NCBI RefSeq assembly: GCF_963921235.1
Contig: NC_086097.1
Location: 4,712,001 to 4,776,000 of the forward strand
Reading direction: 5' to 3'
Length of the DNA stretch: 64,000 nucleotides
Origin: Mobula hypostoma
Taxonomy: Eukaryota
Shown here: positions 11,480 through 24,190 of the stretch, piece by piece
How positions within the stretch are numbered: the first letter of the stretch is position 1
Layout of the letters: each line of letters opens with the position of its first letter
Program-made: the position numbers and the translations under genes
Notes under the pieces: model-generated
The model's input: only the letters and a program-made list of their open reading frames with translations
The model's database searches: none
Told to the model about the DNA's origin: nothing

Positions 11480-14400
11480 AAGGGTGTCAAAATCCCAAAT
11501 GCTGTTTTTCAGTCAGTGGCATAACAGAAACAGGAAAAATGAGGAACTACTGGACTTTCTAAAAGAATATGGCTCAGTTGCCGGAGTTATTCCTGTAACT
11601 GGCCCCAGTGCAGAGTCTCCCAAGTCCTTCATATTAGAGTACAATTTTGGCTCTGCAGTGCAAGATCTTCAGCTCTTTCTACTGCACACTCAACAGGCAA
11701 GCGGTGGCCAATAAGTTTCCTACCATGCCATTACTTTAGCCAGTGTTTATGCTCAGAAGGTTGGAAAAGCCTCCACTCAAACTCACCTGGGCAAGTTGAG
11801 AACCTTCGCGAAGTTCAGCGGGAAAGATTATGTATGAAATCCTGAAAGAGTGGTTAACATGAATCAGTGAAGCCCTTACTATCCAGAGCAGGGAAACAGT
11901 CACTATTGAAACACTGAAGGTGTGAGTAATTAGACACAACTGCTCATTTCAGAGCAGACTCCTCTGATACTAGCCAGCCAGAAATAACTCTAGCCACTAT
12001 GCAGAAATTACGAAGCATCCCTGATATTTTCTGCCATCAGCACCTAGATTTAGGATCTACTGGCAAAGTGAAACATCGAATTAACCTTATTGATGAAACA
12101 TGGTTCAAACACCGACCTCGACCAATTCACCCAGAAGATAGGGAAGCTGACCAGAAGCATCTCCAAGAACTGTTAAACACGGGAGTGAGCAGACAGCCAG
12201 AATCTCCTATTTCTTCTCCAGTTGTGGTGAGAAAGAGAAATGGGGATGTCTGTTTGTGTATAGATTATCAGAGATGCCTCTGCACTTTCGAAGCTGGAAG
12301 ACACTAATATGCCTTGACCGGTTCCAAATGCTTTTCAGTCTTTGACCTAAAATCTGGTCGTTACCTGATAGAGGTTGAAGAAGCCAACAAGCCTTAAACT
12401 GCTTTTGTGTGTCCTCATGGATTCTATGAATTCAGCCGGATGTCACAGGGAATTACAAACATGCCAAGCACATTTCAGCAACTCATGGAGAAATATATGG
12501 CTAAGATGAATCTGAGAGAAGTCTTTGTCTTCATCGACAACATCATTGTGTTCTCTAAAGTCTTGGATGAGCATGACTTGTGAGAGACCTGAATTGACTC
12601 AGAGAGGACGGTCTAAAGCTAGCTGCAGGAAAGTGTGTTTTTGCGTAGACCTCTGTCAAATATGTCGGACATATTGTGCCTCATCAAGGAGTTCATTTGA
12701 TTCTGACAAGATATCCACCGCCAAAACCTGGCCAATTCCCCGAAATCTGAAGGAATTGGAGTCCCTCCTTGGATTTATCGGATATTACCACCGATTTGTC
12801 AAGGATTTTTCTCAAATTTAAGCCACTCAGTGATTTGACATCAGGGTGCCCACTGACCAGGAAGAACTGCAAGGTGAAGTACTATAGCCAGTATCATAAT
12901 CTGAAAGACCCACTTGGAGGCTGTAGGACTAACACATGTCAAGAAGCATTCAACCAAATCAGGGAGGAACTTCCATCTGCTCCAGTGTTGGTGTTTGCTA
13001 ATCTTCAGCTGCCATACATCTTACACACAGATGCCAGCACGACTGGCTTAGGGGCTGCCCTCTACCAAGAGCAAGATGGCCACCTTAGGGACATCACTTT
13101 TGACAGTAGGGGACTGCTAAAACAAATCAAGATACCCTGCCCATAAATTAGTGTTCCCAGCCCTAAAATGGACAGTCACTGAAAAAATTCATGATTATCT
13201 TTATGGTAGTTTATTTGCTGTGATAACACACAGTAACCCCACCTTGCATTGTCATAATAGGGTGGGGGGGGGCATTGGGAACAGACCCAAACACAAGACA
13301 CAGACACTAAAGTACAAGGAACAGGACTTGATGAGAGTAGGTACGTGACAGGATACAGACAAGTAGCAGGGACAAGAACGCATACTTGGGCTAGGACATG
13401 GACAAGACGGGGAACCCGGACAAGGAACTATGCACTAGGAGCCTGGGCTTGGGCTCTGAACCAGAGACTGGACAAGGACCCAGAGCCTGGGTCTTGATTC
13501 AAGCTCAGACCCTGGAACCAGGCGAAGACATGATGAAGCTTGGGTTCTTCAAGGCTAGGGATCTTCAAGGCTTGGATATGGACTCCAAGCCAGAGACTGG
13601 GCAAGGACCCAGAACAAGGCAAGGACAGGACATAACTACAGGACAGGACATGGCTGGGGTCTAGAGGCTTGAGGCTTGAGGTTGCAGGCTGGGGTCTTGG
13701 AATGCAGAGGATGATAACTCAGAGGCTGGAGCTCAGACACAGACTGGGAACTGTACATCAACATAGAGCCAGGACTTACCCTTTGAAAAGCCAGGACTCA
13801 TCTTTAACATGATACTAACATGAGACTAGACAGTACATAGACATAGAGCTGGGACTTATCCTTAGACAAGCTGGGACTCAACTTCATCTCCACACCAAGG
13901 TGGGACAGGTCCCTCTGTCAGGTAATGGCAGAACAGCTGGACTTACCCAACAGAGGCGAGGACAAGACAAGACAGATCCCCCCCACAGGGCAACAGTAGA
14001 ACAGCCTGACTTACCCCATGGAGGCAAGGACAAAAAGAGACAAACACCAAAGAACAACAGACAGTTCCATCTCTGCATCAGGGTTGCTCCAAGTCACAGT
14101 TACAGCCAGCAACCTAGGCTGGCTATGGAAACAGCCGGATCCCCACTTAGCTCAGAGTGGCTGACAGCCACTCAGCTGGCCCAGGAAACAGCCAAATCCA
14201 TACCACAAAGACAGCTCCAACTACTGACAGCAAGGCTCCATGAATCAATGGTTTTCTAACACAGCCTAAAGACGGTAAGTGGCCACTCTAGCCTTCCTTC
14301 AGCAGGTTGCTCCCAGGGGATCTCAACAAGACAAACCAGCAGCTCACACTCAACCCCAAGGCTACTCATATTCCAAGCCACAAGATGGGAATCAGGTGCC

Positions 14401-16760
14401 TATGATTAACTCAACCAAAACAAGGGACAGCTGGAAGACCCGGAGTACTGAGTCCACGGACTGGACCATAAACCGGAATGTGGATTTCACGGACTGGACC
14501 ATGACATGTGTGTTTTCCACTGCTAGATTGGATACAATCAGTTACAAATGTCTAGCTGCTCTGTCAACTGATAATTTTAAGCTGCAGTATTGGTCCAGGA
14601 AGCTGAACAGTGATGCTGACAGGTTGTCCCAACAACCACATGGAAGACTATCAGATGTTCTCTCATCCCAGTCAGAGCAGGAATGCACCTTGAAGTTCTC
14701 TGAAAGTCACCTGGTGAACTCGGGTGACACTTGCCGCAGTTGTCGCCATTGCATTTATTGCATTTGTTGGGTCCTTAATGATGCATTCAAGTGCTATACC
14801 TGACAGTTACGCACAAGGAGATCAGTGAGGGGGATTACCAGTCATTTCTCACCTCTTTGATGCTGAGATTACAGACTCCCAGTGAGCAGATCCTTGTACT
14901 AGGGAAGCCATTAAGCAGATGGAAACTGGAGAAAAACCATCCCTTTCAGTGAGGAGCACAGTCCTCAGACTACCCTACCTTCTCAGAGAATGGGATCATC
15001 TAGAGCTAAAAGACAGAAAAGATTAACCGGAGATAAAATAATTTATCAGCTTGTTTTACCTGAAAAGTTTCAATCTGAGGTACTTAAGAATCTTCACGAT
15101 GACTTTGGTCACATGGGTACTGATCGTAGCCTGGATTTAGTCAGAAGCCGGTTCTATTGGCCCAAGATGGCTGCTGGAACACAAGATAACATGCAGTCAG
15201 TGCGGATGGAGGAAGACCTTGGCTGAGAAAGCTGCTCTGTTAGTGAACGTTCTGACTACTCGAACCTTGCAGCTGGTCTGTCATGGATTTTCTTACATTA
15301 GAACCCGATCAAAGAAACACAAAGGACGTGTTAGTAATAACTGATCATTTCACTAGATATGCTTTGGCTATTCCTAGATCTAACCAAAAAGCCAATACAG
15401 TTGCAAAGTGCCTATGGGAGCATTTCATCTCGTATTTGATAATCCTGAGTGCCTACACAGTGATAGACTTTGAATCCAACGATTAAAGGATTGTGTGAGT
15501 TAGCTGGAATTCAAAAAGTGAGAACTACACCATATCATCCCAGAGGAAAGCTTGCCGAGAGGTTTAACAGGGCCCTCTTATATATGTCAAGAACCCTGGA
15601 AGTGAGAAGTAAAAGTCACTGGTGACAATTTGTGAAACCCCTAGACTGTGCTTATAATTGTACTAGGAATGAGACGACTGGCTTCAGTCTGTATGAATTG
15701 ATGTTCAGATGGCAACCCAGACTCCCAGTTGACTTAGCTTTTGGACTGCCCCTGAAAGACAAACATGGTACATCACACTCTCTGTATGTACAAAATTTAA
15801 AATCACATCTTGAGGCAAGTTTCAATATTGCAGAGGGGAACTCCCGGAAAATAGCAGATAAGAACCTGACCAGATATGACAAACGTGACAGCTTCAGAGC
15901 TGAAAGAAGGAGACCAAGTGCTAGTAAGGAATGTGTGCCCATGAGGTAAAACCAAACTTGCCGATAAATGGGAAGAAATGGTCTGTGTAGTGGTGAGCCA
16001 AGCTGGTGATCTGCCTGTTTACAAGGTACATCCTGGGAACCAGTCTGGGCTCATACGGACATTACATAGGGATCTATTGCTCTCCTGTGGATTTCTTCAT
16101 TTTCAAGAAGATGAACAACTTTCTCCAGTCCCTGTTTGCAAGTACAGAACTCACCAGAGTACTAAGAATGAATACTCGATTGAAGAGGAAGAAAATCCAA
16201 TTGACTCTGAAGAGGATGAGGATGAGGTTTATTACTTCAGACCAAGATTTGACAATGTAGATGAACCTTCCAAAAGTCGAGAAACTTGTGAACAGTTACA
16301 CATAAGTACTGAGGCTCCACCCCAAGCACAATCTAGCCAATTACAACCACTCTGGTGGCAAACCCAGTGCTGGAATCCCAAAGAAATGCAAGTTACTCAC
16401 CTGATGTAGAGGAATCCACTGTAGAAAGTAACTTACCTGTCAGTCCTGAAGAAAACCCAGCGGAAGAAACAACGAATGAGGAAATGGGGAATCAGGGTAT
16501 CCCACCTGATGAAAGAAGTCTGAAACCTTCGCCAATTCCAGAAGAATCCGAAATTAGTTGAGAAAAAGAGACACGTGATGAAGTGTTGTCAAGAAAATGC
16601 ATGACAAATAAAAATTCTCACAGAGAAGAGCCTGAACTCAGGAGGTTTCCTAGACACAGATAAAAATCTAGAGCTCTAACATATCCCGAACTAGGAAATC
16701 CTTTAGTGACGGTAGTTCAGTCCTTTTTCTAAGGTCTGAGTTCAGCTATCGTAGAGTCTC
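11480..16760 (+). pseudogene. Gypsy gag N-terminus and pol remnants (RT, RNase H, integrase), heavily frameshifted
   Basis: RT: KHRINL..RPIHP, SPVVVRKRNG..LCIDY. RNase H: LHTDASTTGLGAALYQ, ALKW.VTEK.HDYLYG. Integrase: HDDFGHMG, FYWPKM, MDFL, ITDHFTRY, AYNCT.NETTGFS.YELMF. Confidence 0.9.
13250..14506 (-). mobile_element. Solo LTR of an unrelated LTR retrotransposon, inserted in Gypsy pol
   Basis: TGTCAT...ATGACA termini and internal direct repeats. It splits the host N-P..(YV).STARLD segment after RNase H. Orientation is inferred from the gtttgggtc...tgaca end on the minus strand. Confidence 0.8.
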
Positions 16761-16809
16761 TTCCAGATTTCCCACCCCAAACCCATTACAGCGCAACCTG
16801 TAACAATAT

Positions 16810-17433
16810 ACTTTATACTTTATTGTCGCCAAACAATTGATTCTAGAACATACAATCATCATAGCAATATTTGATTCTGCGCTTCTCGCTCCCTGGATTA
16901 CAAATTGATAGTAAATATTAAAAATTTAAATTTTAAATCATAAATAGAAAATAGAAAAATGGAAAGTAAGGTAGTGCAAAAAAGCCGAGAGGCAGGTCTG
17001 GATATTTGGAGGGTACGGCTCAGATCCGGGTCAGGATCCGTTCAGCAGTCTTATCACAGTTGGAAAGACGCTGTTCCCAAATCTGGCCGTATGAGTCTTC
17101 AACCTCCTGAGCCTTCTCCCGGAGGGAAGAGGGACGAAAAGTGTGTTGGCTGGGTGGGTCGTGTCCTTGATTATCCTGGCAGCACTGCTCCGACAGCGTG
17201 CGGTGTAAAGTGAGTCCACGGATGGAAGATTGGTTATGTGATGTGCTGTGCCATGTTCACGATCTTCTGCAGCTTCTTTCAGTCTTGGACAGGACAACTT
17301 CCATACCAGGTTGTGATGCACCCTAGAATAATGCTTTCTCCGGTGCATCTATAAAAATTAGTGAGGGTTTTAGGAGACAGGCCAAATTTCTTTAGTTTTC
17401 TCAGGAAGTAAAGGCGCTGGTGGGCCTTCTTGG
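16810..17433 (-). mobile_element. Rex/Babar-type LINE 3' fragment nested just upstream of the PPT
   Basis: Minus-strand IIKDTTHPANTLFVPLPSGRR..T.RF.NS.FP..IRLLN, an (ATAAAGT)n tail, and a possible TSD CAATAT at 16804 and 17434. Confidence 0.82.
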
Positions 17434-17473
17434 CAATATGCAAAGGGACTTGCATAAATTCAAAGGAGGAGGG

Positions 17474-18426
17474 TGTTACCCAGGTTAATTAAACCCAAAG
17501 ATGTAATGGTAGAAAGTGCCACCTGTGGAGGGATGAAAACAAGATTTACCAAATTTTAAAAAACTGAGAACTTGAAAAAAATAGCTATGTGAGAACGAGG
17601 CGTGGCTGATGCAGGTATGGACAGAAACGCAGCAAGCTAGAGAAATTTGCAAAAGACATAAACTTTTAAAAGTGAAATTAGTAGTATTTCTACCCTACTT
17701 ATTGGAAATGCTCAGGGTGAAACCCCTGGAAGAGAGACGATATCGATAAAAGATTATTGAAGCTACGGCTATAGCAAGCACCAGCTATAGCGAGATGATA
17801 TCGGCAGAGAGAAGCGTCCAAGATCTCTACTGTGAAACTGGGAATTAGTTCTGCTAAGTCATACCAAGGGATTTGGTAGGGGTTTATTTGTATAAGTATT
17901 GTGAATAGACTTTCCATGGAGGACCCACCATTTCTTCCAACAAACCAAGAAACAAGATGGTGAGCCACCCAAGATCGAATAACCAATGTGAGAACAGAAC
18001 GTTTCACGATGTAGAGGATTCAATGCAGTTCAATATACAACTTATTTCTCATTTGAAGGATCTGAAGTTGATTTTCTGCAAGAACTGATTACTTTTGCAA
18101 GGACTTTGATAAGTGACCAAATGAGATTTACTTTGTTTAAAAGTTGAGTTGTTGGAGAATTTGTCGTGAAACTACTTTGTAGTTCAGCTGTGTATATATA
18201 TATTTTGTAGGCATACTGACCTGAAACTGAAACTGAAGTTAACTATAATACCAAAGAATAGGAATTCAATCAGATTCTAACTAACTAGGGATAAATAAAA
18301 ATGCAAATGTTAGTCCGTAAACCTTAAACAGGGAATTACACTAGATCTAATTAGTTAGAGAAATTGGAGTAATAAAGGTTTATTCTAATGAATCTCACTG
18401 ATTCTAAATAAAAAGGAATTTGTTTT
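17474..18426 (+). repeat. Gypsy 3' LTR, truncated at its 3' end
   Basis: Preceded by the PPT aaaggaggaggg. Homologous to the 5' LTR until it is cut by the CR1 tail at ~18427. Confidence 0.9.
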
Positions 18427-19495
18427 TAAGACCATAAGACTGTAAGACATAGGAGCAGAATTAGGTCATTTGGCCCATCGAGTCTGCTCCACCATTTCAT
18501 CATGGCTGATTCTTTTATCCCCTCCTCAATACCATTCTCCGGCCTTCTTCCTGTAACCTTTGATGCCATGTCCAAACAAGAACCTATTGAGCTCTGCCTT
18601 AAATGCACCCGATGACCTGGCCTTCAGAGCTGCACATGTAACACATCCCACAAATTCACCACTCCTTGGCTAACGAAATTCCTCTGCATCTCTGTTTTGA
18701 ATGGACATCCCTCCATTCTGAGGCTGTGCCCTCTTATCCTAGACTCCCCTCACCAAGGGAAACATACTTTCCACATCTACTCTGTCTAGACTTTTCAACA
18801 TTCAAAAGGTTTCAATGAGATCCCCCCTCATCTTTCTAAATTCCAGCGAGTACAGACCCAGAGCCATCAAATGTTCCTTGTATGATAACCCTTTCATTCC
18901 TGGAATCATCCTTGTAAACCTCCTTTGGACCCTCTCCAATGCCAGAACATCTGTTTTTAGATATGGAGCCCAAAATTGTTCACAATATTCAAGGTGAGGC
19001 TTCACCTGTGCATTATAAAGCCTAAGACTCACATCCCTGATCTTGTATTCAAGACCGCTTGAAATGAATACTAACATTAAATTTGCCTTCCTCACCACCG
19101 ACCCAGCCTGCAAGTTAACCTTCTGGGTATTTTGCACAAGGACTCTCAAGTCCCCTTGCATCTCAGAATATTGGATTTTCTCCCCACTTAGAAAATAGTT
19201 TTCACATTTATTTCTACTACCAAAGTGCATGACCATGCATTTTCCGAGATTATATTTCATTTGCCACTTTCTTGCCCATTCTCCTAAACTGTCCAAGTCC
19301 TTCTGCAGCCTACCTGTTTCCTCAACACTACCTCCACCAATCTCGATATCATCTGCAAACTTGACAACAAAACAATCTATTCCATCATCTAAATCATTGA
19401 TATACAGCATAAAAAGAAGTAGTCCCGACACCGACCCCTGTGGAACACCACTAGTCACTGGCAGCCAACTAGACAAGGATCCTTTTATTCCTATT
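18427..19495 (-). mobile_element. 5'-truncated CR1
   Basis: ORF 18802-19476 contains GVPQGSV, FADD and ERVQRRFTR. (TCTTATGG)n-type tail at 18427-18450. Confidence 0.92.
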
Positions 19496-20443
19496 CACAG
19501 GAGATTGTGCAGACAATGTCCGGGATGGACTGGGTCTTTAATGATGTTACGAGTGCGCCTTAGGGATCAAGATTAGTAGATTGTCTCCAGGTCCGGGAGT
19601 TGAGTCCCAACGTTGTGCTGAGCAATCCTAATCACCCATTGGAGTGCCTTGTGATCTGTCTTTCTGCAGTTGAATACTGTCATTCTGTATGTCAGTATGC
19701 ACTCGATAAAAGCTCGATAAAAGCCAACTGTGGAAATACACAGGTATATCACTGAGAAATGCCTTCTTAAGACGATAAGAAACAGGAGCAGAATTAGGCC
19801 TTTTGGCTTGTCAAGTCTGCCGCACCATTCCAACATAGCTGATTTATTATCACTTTCAAACCTATTCCCCTGCTTTCTCCCTGTGACCTTTGACACCCTG
19901 ACTAATCCAGAAACTATCAAACTTAGTTTAATTTATATGCAATGATTTGGCCTCCACAGCTGTCTGTGATAATGAATTCCACTGATTCACCCATGAATGG
20001 TCTTGGCCGGGAGTGGAGACTGTTTACTCCTTTCCTTAGATGCTGCCTTACTTGCTGAGTTCCTCCAGCATTTGATGTGTATTCTCACAGAAATACCACC
20101 ACTTTCATTCTGAGATGACACAAGATCAATATGTATGTTTTAGTCTCCTAACAAGTAGTTCAATTTAAGTTAATATTTTGTTTATTTAATTTGCTATTCG
20201 TAGTGAGAATCCTAGCAAAAATAGCAGATGTCCGCTGAAAGTTCAAAGTTGAAAGTAAATTAGTTATCGAAGTGCGTATATGTCAGCAGATATAGTTCGA
20301 CCCTGAGGTTTATCTGCTTGCTGGCATTCACAGTAACTACAAGAAACACAATAGAATCAATGAGAGACTGCACCCAACAGGATGGACAAATAACCATTTT
20401 GCAAAAGCAACAGATTGTGCAAATATAAAAATATTTAAAAATA

Positions 20444-20490
20444 AATAATAATAATAATAATAATAATAATTATTATAATTATAATTATAA
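20444..20490. repeat. (AAT)n microsatellite
   Basis: Direct reading of the sequence. Confidence 0.9.
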
Positions 20491-22569
20491 ACAAATAAAC
20501 ATGAAATATTGAGAACATGAGATGAGGATTCTTAAAGGTGAGTCTATAAGTTGTGGAATCAATTCAGTGTTGAGGTGAGTGAAGTTATCCCCTCTGGTTC
20601 AAGAGCCAGATGGTTGAAGAGTAATAACTGTTCCTGAGCCTGGTAGGGTGGATCCTGAGGGTCTTGTACCTTCTTCCTGATCCAGCAGCAGGAAGAGAGC
20701 ATGGAATTGACGATGGGGGTCCGTGGTAGTGACTCCTACATTCATCAAAGATGCTTCTTTGGTTTGATCTTTCTTATTGGGCTGGTGATATCAAGATGGC
20801 ATACTGCTCATATTTCAGTCCCGAGGAGACTCATATCCATACTGTTCATGACATGAACATAGTTCAAAGTTCAAAGTTCAAGTTTAATTATCATTCAACC
20901 ATACGTGAATACAGCCAAACAAAACAGTATTCCTCTGGAGCCAAGGTGCAAGGCACATTACCAACAGCAGACAGCACACTGCAAAGAGCACATAGTACAG
21001 ATAGCATATATGGCTACGAATATCAGAAAATGATATGGTCATGAAGAAAAATAATGAATACTGCCCACGTTCCTGAGCTGCATCACTGTGGAATGAGGGG
21101 GGTGGGGGTGGGATAGGCTACTGCACAGAATGAAAATAATCTGCAGAGAATTGTAAACTCAGTCAGCTCCATCATGGGCACCACCCACTGTAGTACCCAG
21201 GACATGCTTCAAGGAGCGATGCCTCAAAAAGGTGGCATCAATTATTAAGCACCCCTATCACCCAGGACATGCCCTTTTCTCATTGCTACCATCAGAATGG
21301 AGGTGAAAAAGCCTGAAGACACACACTGAGTGATTTAAGAACAGCTTCTTCCCCTCTGCCATCGGATTTCTGAATGGACATTGAACCCATGAACACTACC
21401 ACACTACATTTTTGTTTCTAATTTTACACTACTTATTTAATGTAACTATATATATTTATTGTAATTCAGTTTTATTTCTCTATTATGTATTGCATTTTAC
21501 TGCTACCGCAAAGGTAACAAATCTCATGATATACGCCAGTAATGCTAAACATGATTCTGAGTGGCATGACTGTAGATTGTCCTGGTCCAGCTTGCTCTTC
21601 CACAGATCGAACACTGGAGGGCGCTCATTCCACATTCAACTCGTGCATTACTCATACCAAGGATAATATCAATCTATAGCGGGTCTGTGTTCTCACTGAA
21701 TTGTCCCATTGTAATATCATTACAGAATGAGATTATAATTTCAGTACACTATACTATTGTGACCCTTTTGCCAATAATAGTTGTGTTGGCTGATGGTATT
21801 TGAATCAACCCATTTAAACTGCAGCACTGATAGTCTGTCATCCTTCAGGAGCCTGAAAGTGCCATTCAGACAATATTAAACCGCATTCTTAATAGGGTAT
21901 AATCCATGTCCCCAAAGGTTCAAACCATTAAATGAATCCTCGCAGCAGATTAGCATTTAAATCTCAGCCAATGTGAATTCTGTGAGTAAAAGTATTACAG
22001 CAGACACGTCTGCTAATGCAGTAATGGGTCAGATACAACTATGATTAAATTGTGTTTCACTAATCCTCCTGCAAGTCACAGCTCCTCAATTAAAATAAAA
22101 CTTTGGGAGACCAGTGCCTGAGGGGGGACGTTGGTTTTAATTGATGAAAGCCTCAGTTGTCATATTTCATGCCACAGGAATGAGAGCTTGTCAGATGATT
22201 TCATAAGTCTGCAAGTGAGACTTTATACAGAAGTGATTTTTTTTGACGGAGTATGATTTTAATTCTCCTTTTATTCAGAATGAGTAGTTTGCTTTGGTAT
22301 ATTTGTCACTACAAATCTCACGATTTGCTTCAATGGGATAATTATTTTTATTTATAGTCCTAGTTAAAGATCACACAGGAACTATGGTCTTTCTACATTT
22401 GCTAACGTCAACTTAATGTATAAAATATGTTGTTCAACCACACTGATCAATTGGGATGAAGAGAAGCAAGCTGAAACAACTCACTATGTTTAAAGGACTT
22501 AAAGCTCTTTGCTTTTTTGTCAACCCCATCAAGAATCGATTAGAGCTCTCTGCTTCTTTCTTGCACCAT

Positions 22570-22995
22570 CAAGAATGCCTTAAGGTTTTCCACTTCTTTC
22601 TTGACAACAGACTCAAGCACTTCCCCTCCCCACCACCCTCCGCTATCTGGCAGAACTGGTCCTCACACTCAACATCTTCTCCTTTTTCTCCTCTCACTTC
22701 CTCCAAGCTCAAGGTGTTGCCATGGGTTCTCACGTGTGCCCCAACTATGCCCGTCTTTTCATTGGCTGTGTGGAACAGCCTATGTTCCTAGCCTTCAATG
22801 ATAATGCTCTCCAACTCTTCCACTCTCCTACATTCTGATTTCTTCCTCTTCCTTTCCAGCCCTGATGAAGGGTCTCAGCCTGAAACATCAACTGTTTATT
22901 CTTCTCTATTGAAGCTGCCTGACCTGCTGAGTTCCTCCAGCATGTTGTGTGTGTTGCTCTGAATTTCCAGTGTCTGCAGAATCTTTTGTGTTTAT
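22570..22995 (+). mobile_element. Penelope-like fragment (RT remnant joined to the pLTR tail with a degenerate hammerhead)
   Basis: ggtgttgccatggg..cccaactatgcc (GVAMG..PNYA) followed by cctgatgaagggtctcagcctgaaacatc at ~22861. Confidence 0.75.
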
Positions 22996-23479
22996 CGCCA
23001 TGTGCTTCACTCTCTATAGATGCTGACTGGCATCCTGAATAATTTCCAGAGCTTTCGATTCTTGTTTCCAAATACTTGGCTTGCTTTGGTATCCGTCACA
23101 GTGATGGTCACATTAACCCTCGAGTGCAGGTTTTGTAAACCCAATACAGAACACTTTGACAATTCCTTCCTTTCAAAATTTCACTGTCAACATATGACTG
23201 ATGGCCTTGGCAATCCTCAACTGCCCTCACTGTACACATGGACACAGCTCTGCATTGAGCTGAACAACTTCTCAAAAATCATCCAAGATGCAAGCTTTTT
23301 TTCAGGGTTTTTAATGAAATCTCCTTATTGTAAAACTGCTGAGAGTTAAGTAGAATAAGTATTAAATTCAATACTGAATCATCGTGCACCTGTACATACC
23401 AATGATTACTCTCACAGCAGGTATTATCCAAGGTAGTACGTGTCTGTAACACTCCATATCGATACAGTGTAAAGGTAAA

Positions 23480-24190
23480 GACTAGTTTCTAAGTGGGGAG
23501 AAGATTCAAAATTCAGAGGTTCAAAAGGACTTGAAGGACCTTTCCAGGATTCCATAAAGGTTAACCTTTAGGTTGAGTTGGTGGCGAGGAAGGCAAATAC
23601 AATGTTAGTATTCATTTTGAGAGGACTGGAATCTAAGTGCAAGGACGGGATGCTGAGGCTTTATAACTCATTGGTCAGACCACACTTGGAGTATTGTGAC
23701 CAGTCTTGGGCTCCTTATCTAAGAAAAGATGTACTGGCATTGGAGGGGGTCCAGAGGAGGTTCACAAGGATAATTCCTGGAATGACGGAGTTAATGTAGT
23801 GTGAGGGGCATTTGATGACTTTGGGCCTGTACTCGCTGGTGTTCAGGAGAATGATGGGAGATCGCTTTGAAACCCATCGAATATTGGATGGTGTAGATAG
23901 AGCGGATGTGGGAGAGTCTGGAACCAGAAGGCACAGCCTCAGAACAGAACGATGTCCATATAGAACTGAGATGAGAAGGGATTTGTTTAGCCAGAGGGTG
24001 GTGAATCTGTAGAATTTATTGTCACAGACTGAGTATAGTTAAAGCAGAGGCTGATAGATTACTGATTAGTCAGGATGTCAAAGGTTACGGGGAGAATGGT
24101 GTTGAGAGGGATAATAAATTAGCCATGATGGAATGGCAGAGCAGACTCGATGGGCCGAGTGGCCTAACTCTGTTCCTATGTCTTATAGTC
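23480..24190 (+). mobile_element. CR1 3' fragment
   Basis: LYNSLVRPHLEYC..EGVQRRFTR peptide and a tcttatagtcttat tail. Confidence 0.88.

Larger units (their letters stand above)
5625..18426 (+). mobile_element. Decayed Ty3/Gypsy LTR retrotransposon with five nested insertions
   Basis: 5' LTR TGTAAC(5625)...GTTACA(11330), PBS at 11338, gag-like and pol remnants, polypurine tract at 17462-17473, and a 3' LTR starting TGTTAC at 17474 that is homologous to the 5' LTR. Confidence 0.92.

Noticed and set aside
13398..14803. ORFs of 88-174 aa as an extra gene or env in the Gypsy element
   Set aside because: They lie in the nested solo LTR or cross its junction and are low-complexity chance frames.
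15978..16561. Acidic ORFs as a host gene
   Set aside because: Contiguous with the integrase C-terminus (PVYKV...RTLHRDLLL) inside the Gypsy element.
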